A stretch of DNA of 63,898 bases, the filler included, from an uncultured bacterium (GTDB lineage Bacteria > Latescibacterota > UBA2968), in NCBI GenBank assembly GCA_964471275.1. It is 3 parts of 3 records of this genome, joined end to end, with 100 filler letters (N's around TTAATTAATTAA, not from the genome) between each part and the next. Parts side by side here need not be neighbours in the genome. Positions count along the whole stretch, not along the records: positions 43,782 to 63,898 come from CAYYGZ010000064.1; 2 more parts are not named here. The stretch is one strand, 5' to 3'. The notes beneath the pieces were generated by a model, which had not been told where the DNA came from, did not search any database, and saw only the letters and a list, made by a program, of their open reading frames with translations. A program made the position numbers and the translations under genes. Of this stretch, positions 57,545 to 63,898 are shown piece after piece; the stretch's first letter is position 1; every line of letters begins with the position of its first letter.

Positions 57545-59353
57545 CTACACCGGCAAGAACTCCTCAAACCACGCCAGCGTCCGTCTCGCACAATCCTGCC
57601 GATGCTCCGGCTTCCGAAAACCGTGCCCTTCCCCCGGATACACAACCAGCCCCGTCTGTATCCCCCGGTGTTCGAGCGCCCTGTAGACGATCTTGCTCTG
57701 CGACAGCGTACAGATTGGATCCTGGTCGCCGTGCATCATCATAAGCGGACAGTTGATCTCGTGCAGATGCGAGAACACATCACTGTTCACAGCGTCATCG
57801 CGCATCGGCCACGTCACCGGTGCGATGTATTCGTCCTCATACGTGAAATCACCCGTTTCAAGCGTCATCCGACGATTTTCGATGAACCCGTAATACGCCA
57901 CACCGGTCCTGAATCGATCCGTCACGGCTACAGCTCTCAGCGTCATATAGCCACCATAAGATCCACCGTAGATACCGACACGCTGGGTGTCTGCGATATC
58001 CATCTCTGCCAGCCTGTCGATCCCGGTCACGATATCGTCCAAATCTTTCACGCCCTGGCATCCGATGTTGGCACCCAGAAAGCTGTCACCGAATCCCAGC
58101 GACCCTCTGAACGCCGGCTCAAAGACGCGGTAACCTGCGCGCAGCAAGTACCGGTATCGAATGGCCGCACCGCGACTTGCCTCCACATCTCCCGCCGGTC
58201 CTCCGTGCGCCCTCACCAGCAAGGGCGCGCCGTCCAGCGTACCTGAAGCTTCGTAGACGACGCCCTGAATCTCGAGCCCGTCCGAGGCCTTCCAGTCTAC
58301 GACACGAACGTGAAGATCGTCGACTTCCTCTGTCCAGGGGATATCGGATACGCGGCTGCCCAGCGCCAGGTAGGGCAGCTTATCCTTGTCGCTGGACTCG
58401 CACCAGACGTCCTGGTCACTCGTCACACATTCGCCCAGAGCGGGAACGGACAGCAGTCGTGAATCTCCATTCAATTCGACCGCCTCGGTTATCCGCTCGA
58501 CGCCATCGATAAAGCTCACCCACAGCGTTCGGGCATTCAGCCACCCGAAATCGACAACATTCCGACCGTCACCCGTGAGACACACCGGCTCGTCTTCCCA
58601 GGCGTGCCACCAGAGGTTGGTGTGTGTGGTTATCGGCCGATTCTTCTCGAAGTTCGCTTCATACACGACTCCGGACCCATCATGGGCAGCGATACACGTG
58701 AACGTCTTGCCTGCACCGCTCGTTAGTTCCGTCATCTTGCCGGTTTCGAGCTTACAGACCCAAAACTCGCCCCGCATCGCCTCCTCCGGGACCGTGTTGA
58801 CGGAAACACGCCAGACACAGTGCGACCCATCAGCCGACAAACTCAGACTCCAGCACCCAGCGGGGATCGGAGTCAGTTCCTTCCACCCCGATCGCGGACC
58901 ATATGTCCAGAGCGTATCCTTTTCTCGCTCAGTGGGAAAGAGAACGGGATCGTCAACCCGTTCTCCGGTCACGATCGCCGCCACACGCACGCCACCGTCT
59001 GTCCAGGCGGTATCGACAGCATTTGTACCTTCAGGCAGAGACACGAGCTGGCTGCTCGTGCCATCCAGTCGAACAAGGTGTATCTCGTCATCTCTCAGCA
59101 CGAGAAGATCGTCTCCCGCACTCCAGATCTTATCCTGATCCTTGAGTTCAGGAACAGCAACCTGTCCGCCGCTGGGATCCAGGACATACGCGCGTGTTTC
59201 CGAGCCTTCAGGACACGCGCTGTATACACAAACAATCTGCCCGTCAGCCAGCTTGAGCAGTCGGCTGACAGAAATCGGGTCGTTGTCAGGACGGAGATCC
59301 CGCTCACGGTCCTCCGAGAGTTCCAGGTCAGGGTCTAGCGCATTCAGTGCCAA
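57545..59353 (-). CDS. S9 family peptidase (acylaminoacyl/prolyl oligopeptidase)
   Basis: HGGP, GGSYGG, HGDQD and YPGEGHG motifs with an N-terminal propeller. TTG 59353 after AGGAG. Confidence 0.92.
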   Translation of the reverse strand: MALNALDPDLELSEDRERDLRPDNDPISVSRLLKLADGQIVCVYSACPEGSETRAYVLDPSGGQVAVPELKDQDKIWSAGDDLLVLRDDEIHLVRLDGTSSQLVSLPEGTNAVDTAWTDGGVRVAAIVTGERVDDPVLFPTEREKDTLWTYGPRSGWKELTPIPAGCWSLSLSADGSHCVWRVSVNTVPEEAMRGEFWVCKLETGKMTELTSGAGKTFTCIAAHDGSGVVYEANFEKNRPITTHTNLWWHAWEDEPVCLTGDGRNVVDFGWLNARTLWVSFIDGVERITEAVELNGDSRLLSVPALGECVTSDQDVWCESSDKDKLPYLALGSRVSDIPWTEEVDDLHVRVVDWKASDGLEIQGVVYEASGTLDGAPLLVRAHGGPAGDVEASRGAAIRYRYLLRAGYRVFEPAFRGSLGFGDSFLGANIGCQGVKDLDDIVTGIDRLAEMDIADTQRVGIYGGSYGGYMTLRAVAVTDRFRTGVAYYGFIENRRMTLETGDFTYEDEYIAPVTWPMRDDAVNSDVFSHLHEINCPLMMMHGDQDPICTLSQSKIVYRALEHRGIQTGLVVYPGEGHGFRKPEHRQDCARRTLAWFEEFLPV

Positions 59354-59483
59354 ATCAGATCTCCTTTCACGCGCATGATAGAGGCACAGTATCCCCAACG
59401 CAACGCCGACGCATCTTGACGAACCAGGAGGCACAGCGTAACATTCGCAGTTGCAACCAGAACCCGTGTCGAAAGAGGAACTG

Positions 59484-60935
59484 TTGTCGAGAAATCTGCT
59501 CTTCATCACGACAGATCAACAGCGCTGGGACAGCCTGCCCTGCTACGGGCTGGACTTCATGCAGACCCCGAACCTCGATCATCTCGCGGCCGAGGGGATG
59601 GTTTTCGATAGCTGCATCGTCCCATCGCCCGTCTGCGTGCCCTGCCGTGCGGCGATGTTGAGCGGGCAATATCCGGCGTCTACAGGCGTCCTAGGCAACG
59701 GACACTGGCTTCCGCCTGACGTCCCTACCTGGCCCTCGCTGATCAGTCAGACGGGACGTAACACGGCAGCCATCGGCAAGATGCATTTCAATCCCTGGGA
59801 TTCGCTTGAGGGTTTCGATCAGCGAATCACCGCCGAAGACAAGCGGCACACCTATCTGCCCGACCACCACGTCCAGTTCCTGGCCGCTCATGGAATGGAG
59901 CGGCAGCATCCGACCACGCTTCCCGGTTACTACGAGAACCTGGGTGCATCGGTATCCCCCCGTGAGCGCAGGTTTCACGTCGATGGCTTTGTTGGGGACC
60001 GGGCCGCAGAATGGATCAGCGAGAAGGGCTCGGAGCCCTTTGCCGCGTGGGTGAGCTTCCCGGGACCACACGACCCCTATGACCCGCCAGAGGATATGGC
60101 CGAGATGTATGCCGATGCTCCGATTCCTCACCCCATCGGCTCCCCGGAAGAGTTGGTCAACAAGCCAGCTGCACAGCGTTCACGCGGAGCGGGAAGCCTC
60201 GGAAACTCAATGTTTCGCCTGGACCTTTCACTGGCGACCACCGAGAACTACCTCAAGTGGCGCAAGCATTATTACGCCAACATCTCGCTGATCGATGAAG
60301 GGATCGGCAAGATGCTTGCGGCGCTCGAATCGACGGGCACTCTGGACGACACCCTCATCATCTTCACGAGCGATCACGGTGACGCCCTCGGCGACCACGG
60401 GATGCCGTTCAAAGGGTTCTTTTACGATTGCATGTCACGGGTACCTTTGATTGTCAAGGGACCAGGTATTTCCGCCGCCAGATCATCTTCGCTGGTCAGC
60501 ACACTGGACCTCGTCCCTCTCTTCTACAATAGTTGCGAAGCTGCTGCACCTGCCACGCTTCAGGGCGAAGACATTCGCCCCCTCTTCGCTGATCCTACAG
60601 CCACGATCCGCGAGCACGCTTTCTGCGAGATCGAGGGTCGGATGATGGTTCGATCGGCGACCCACAAGTACGCACACTACAGCGACGGATCATCCGAGCT
60701 CTATGATCTGACGACCGATCCTGACGAGATCACAAATCTTGCCGACAACCCTGACTATGCCCGGATCGAAAGTGATCTGAAGACAAAACTGGTCGAGCAT
60801 AGTCTCGACTGCCAGGCCACACATTCCCGTGCCGTGAACGCGCCCCAATACTGGCTGCGGCAGGAACTGGAAGCCGACTACAAGCGACAGATTGCCGAAG
60901 GTGGGGACACGAGATACAGACCGCCCCACGCGTAG
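59484..60935 (+). CDS. Sulfatase (formylglycine type)
   Basis: NLLFITTDQQR, CVPCR, GKMH and SDHG motifs. TTG 59484 after GAGG. Confidence 0.93.
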   Translation: MSRNLLFITTDQQRWDSLPCYGLDFMQTPNLDHLAAEGMVFDSCIVPSPVCVPCRAAMLSGQYPASTGVLGNGHWLPPDVPTWPSLISQTGRNTAAIGKMHFNPWDSLEGFDQRITAEDKRHTYLPDHHVQFLAAHGMERQHPTTLPGYYENLGASVSPRERRFHVDGFVGDRAAEWISEKGSEPFAAWVSFPGPHDPYDPPEDMAEMYADAPIPHPIGSPEELVNKPAAQRSRGAGSLGNSMFRLDLSLATTENYLKWRKHYYANISLIDEGIGKMLAALESTGTLDDTLIIFTSDHGDALGDHGMPFKGFFYDCMSRVPLIVKGPGISAARSSSLVSTLDLVPLFYNSCEAAAPATLQGEDIRPLFADPTATIREHAFCEIEGRMMVRSATHKYAHYSDGSSELYDLTTDPDEITNLADNPDYARIESDLKTKLVEHSLDCQATHSRAVNAPQYWLRQELEADYKRQIAEGGDTRYRPPHA

Positions 60936-60968
60936 ACCTGGAGAACCCACGAACCCGGAAGGAAGCAG

Positions 60969-62102
60969 ATGAAGATCACAGACGTAAAGACCACATCATT
61001 CAAGACCACCACCCGATCCGAACGCGACACGGACGGCCACGGTCATCCGGGGCCAGAGCGGGAAACCACATCAACGATGCTCCAGATCGACACCGACGAA
61101 GGCGTAAGTGGATACTGGTTCGGCGCAAACGCTTCGGTGATGGAAACGGTGATCAAGCCCGCGATCGTCGGGAAAGATCCGTTCTTCCGCGAGAAGATCT
61201 GGCACGACCTGAACGAGCGCCAGCGTCTGAACATGGGAACGATGTCGGACAAGGTTCTATGTTCGGTCGACCTCGCGCTCTGGGATCTCGCAGGCAGGGC
61301 ACTCGACATTCCGGTCTACAAGATGCTGGGTGGATATCGCGACAAGGTTCCTGCCTATGCGAGCACGATGTGCGGAGACGATCTCAAGAACGGGCTCGCG
61401 ACTCCGGAAGACTACGCAAAGTTCGCAGAGTGGTCGATGAAACGGGGGTATCCGGCCTTCAAGCTCCACACCTGGCAGCCGCCGTATGAAGGAGCGCCCA
61501 GTGTAAAGCGCGATCTCGAGGCCTGCGCAGCCGTGCGTGATGTCGTCGGACCCGACGTACCGTGTATGCTGGACCCCTACCACTACTATGATCGAGAAGC
61601 CGCATTCGCACTCGCAAAAGGGCTCGAGTCGCTCGACTACTACTGGATGGAAGAGCCGATGGACGAGCACAGCATGTCGTCCTACATCTGGCTCACCTCA
61701 CACACCTCACTCGCCATCTGTGGTCCCGAGACGTGCGAAGGCAAGATGTATGTCCGCGCAGAATGGATAAAGAACAACGCTTGTGACATCAGCCGCTGCG
61801 GTGTCGGTGACGTCGGTGGGTTGACCCCGCTGATGAAGACCATCCATCTCTGCGAGTCTTTCGGAATGCGCTGTGAAATCCACGGAGGCGGGTTCGGTAA
61901 CCTGGCTGCGCTTTGTGCGATGAAGAACGGCGAATTCTACGAGCGCGGTCTCCTGCATCCCTTCATCGACTACGAACAGCCTGCTGAGTATCTGCACGAA
62001 CTCGCAGATCCGATGGACGACCAGGGGTTCGTGCAGGTTTCGCAGCTTCCGGGTCTTGGGATGAACATCAACTTCGACTACATCGAGAAGAACAAGATCT
62101 GA
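60969..62102 (+). CDS. Mandelate racemase / muconate-lactonizing enzyme family (acid-sugar dehydratase-like)
   Basis: DLALWDLAGR, KLH, MLD, WMEEP, GPE and PGLG motifs. Confidence 0.92.
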   Translation: MKITDVKTTSFKTTTRSERDTDGHGHPGPERETTSTMLQIDTDEGVSGYWFGANASVMETVIKPAIVGKDPFFREKIWHDLNERQRLNMGTMSDKVLCSVDLALWDLAGRALDIPVYKMLGGYRDKVPAYASTMCGDDLKNGLATPEDYAKFAEWSMKRGYPAFKLHTWQPPYEGAPSVKRDLEACAAVRDVVGPDVPCMLDPYHYYDREAAFALAKGLESLDYYWMEEPMDEHSMSSYIWLTSHTSLAICGPETCEGKMYVRAEWIKNNACDISRCGVGDVGGLTPLMKTIHLCESFGMRCEIHGGGFGNLAALCAMKNGEFYERGLLHPFIDYEQPAEYLHELADPMDDQGFVQVSQLPGLGMNINFDYIEKNKI

Positions 62103-62176
62103 CACCTGCGTCTCGCAGCGTGTCTCACCCGTTACTTCGTGGACCCGTAAAAAGGGAAGAACAGATCAGAGGAACG

Positions 62177-63349
62177 ATGGTTGTTGATCACAACAGAGCC
62201 CTGGACGATCTGCTGGAACTGATACCGATCCCGGGACCGCCCGCCTGCGAATCAGAGGTCGCGACGCACATTCGCAGACAGCTGATCGACATTGGCATAC
62301 CCGATTCGTGCATCACCACGGACAACGCCCAGGACCAGAGCGAATACGGTGACGACACGGGAAACCTGCTCGTCACCCTGGACGATGGCGATGCTGACGA
62401 GCGCTGGATGTTCAGCACTCATATGGACACGGTGCCGGGAGCGGTTGGCACCCGACCCCGTGTTGAGGGCAACGTGATCACCAGTGATGTCACGGGCAAG
62501 GCGCTTGGAGGAGACAACCGCGCTGGATGCGCCCTGCTCCTCCAGGTCGCACGATCGCTCGTTGCCCGGGAGGGACGACACCGACCCATAACATTGGCCT
62601 TCTTCATCCAGGAGGAGGTCGGTCTCGTCGGTGCCCGCGGGATGGACCTCGAGAAACTCGGGAAGCCGGCTCCCTCGCTCTGCTTCAACTTCGATGGCGG
62701 CGCCCCGGACGAAATCGTAAGCGCCGTTATCGGTACGGAGCGATTCAACATCCACGTAGACGGGATCACTGCTCACGCCGGCGCAAGACCAGAACAGGGC
62801 GTGAACGCCGCGACGATCGCTTCGCTCGCGATCGCCGAACTGGAGAAGACCGGATGGAACGGTCGCATCGACCGGAGCGAGGGCAAGGGCTCTGCCAACA
62901 TCGGAGCAATTGATGGCGGAACGGGAACCAACGTGACGATGCCCCACGTGCACATCCTGGCGGAGGCCCGGTCGCACAGTCAGCCCTTCCGCAGAACGAT
63001 CATCGATGAGTGGGAGCGCGCGTTCACGCGTGCAGCTGCATCCGTCCAGAATTCTCTGGGTGCGTCTGGATCTGTGTCGTTCAGCCCCGGCCCCGCCTAC
63101 GAACCCTTTTCGCTGGAGGCGGATGCGCCCGTTGTCCTGGCAGTCGAGCAAGCTGCCCAACAGTGCGGTGTTCAGACAGCCTGCGTGACAAACGATGGCG
63201 GGATGGACGCAAACTGGATTGTCGGCCACGGCATCCCGGCCATAACCCTCGGTGTCGGTCAGGGCAATGCTCACACGCCTGAGGAGATCTTGGATCTGGA
63301 TCGCTTCCGAACGGCGTGTGAAATCGCTGTAGCGCTCGCCCAGATGTAG
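62177..63349 (+). CDS. M20 family metallopeptidase (peptidase T-like)
   Basis: HMDTV, LGGDNRAG, EEVG, GGMDAN and AHT motifs. Confidence 0.9.
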   Translation: MVVDHNRALDDLLELIPIPGPPACESEVATHIRRQLIDIGIPDSCITTDNAQDQSEYGDDTGNLLVTLDDGDADERWMFSTHMDTVPGAVGTRPRVEGNVITSDVTGKALGGDNRAGCALLLQVARSLVAREGRHRPITLAFFIQEEVGLVGARGMDLEKLGKPAPSLCFNFDGGAPDEIVSAVIGTERFNIHVDGITAHAGARPEQGVNAATIASLAIAELEKTGWNGRIDRSEGKGSANIGAIDGGTGTNVTMPHVHILAEARSHSQPFRRTIIDEWERAFTRAAASVQNSLGASGSVSFSPGPAYEPFSLEADAPVVLAVEQAAQQCGVQTACVTNDGGMDANWIVGHGIPAITLGVGQGNAHTPEEILDLDRFRTACEIAVALAQM

Positions 63350-63472
63350 GCAATCGAACGCAACCAGATCGAGCGCAGCCCGATAGGGAACTAACCACAC
63401 CCCTCCATCGCAGACGGAGATAATCTTGAAAACCGTCCCCACCACACAAATGGCGGCAGCTTCGTCCAGCCT

Positions 63473-63898
63473 ATGAGCGCTGTGATCGAATCCTGGTCCT
63501 TCAGCGACGCCACTCGCCTGTCCCATCTCTGGTGTGAATCGACGGCTGATGCCCCGTACTGCTACGTTGCGGACCCAACGGCTTTCGCTCACGGGATCCT
63601 TTCCGACGAATCAGATGATGAATCCCTGGCCACCAACCAGGGACAACAGTTGATGGTTGCACTTTCGGGCCGGAATCCAGTCGCCTTCGCTCACCTCGCC
63701 GCGGGTCACACCGAAATCGATGCGAACTCCGTTGCGTGTGGAATCATCCGCTACTTCAGCTTCCTGCCGGAGTTCTCATCCGTTGCACAGGCCCTGCTGA
63801 GTCGTGTCGAGCAGGTTCTGACAGACGAGGGACACGTGCACCTCGACGCATTCCCGCTCTACCACGGATACGCATTCCACAACCACAAGGTCGGCATT
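63473..63898 (+). CDS. Probable GNAT-fold protein, 5' part (runs off window)
   Basis: Open frame MSAVIESWS...LMVALSGRNPVAFAHL...AQALLSRVEQVL continues to the window end. Confidence 0.55.
   Translation, partial: MSAVIESWSFSDATRLSHLWCESTADAPYCYVADPTAFAHGILSDESDDESLATNQGQQLMVALSGRNPVAFAHLAAGHTEIDANSVACGIIRYFSFLPEFSSVAQALLSRVEQVLTDEGHVHLDAFPLYHGYAFHNHKVGI

Overview
GC-rich bacterial sequence made of three unrelated contigs joined by artificial N-TTAATTAATTAA-N linkers (21904-22003 and 43682-43781). The gene repertoire and a paired EF-hand/dockerin-like 'DFNADGEVGFSDFLLFAAAFG' domain suggest a Latescibacterota-like assembly; this is inference. Contig 1 (1-21903) has aspS (partial), hisS, rnhB with an in-frame YraN domain behind a single TGA, an asymmetric heterodimeric ABC exporter, a Cys-rich hypothetical, an SDR, def, a HEAT lipoprotein, an interrupted cNMP-binding gene, an MBL hydrolase, two NAD-epimerase-like genes, a Zn-phospholipase-C-like gene and a family-5 ABC importer with three tandem membrane-anchored binding proteins. 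Contig 2 (22004-43681) is a housekeeping run: tRNA-Asp, mfd, two PPIases, S4 protein, methyltransferase, ftsEX-envC, a divergent hydantoinase/oxoprolinase A/B pair, nrnA, argF and nucleotide-sugar genes, then hom, TlpA and the gyrA 3' end. Contig 3 (43782-63898) is a catabolic region with two heparinase II/III-like lyases, three sulfatases, DUF3604, AKR, an enolase-family dehydratase, S9 and M20 peptidases, two YvlD-type membrane proteins and several gene relics. I found no CRISPR array, rRNA or intact mobile element, and no unambiguous new system. The best leads are the rnhB-TGA-yraN fusion, the density of broken accessory genes, heptamer-repeat arrays bracketing a decayed BNR-like gene and a four-helix-bundle relic, the triplicated SBP cluster, and the HyuB-like subunit lacking a metal-ligand His.
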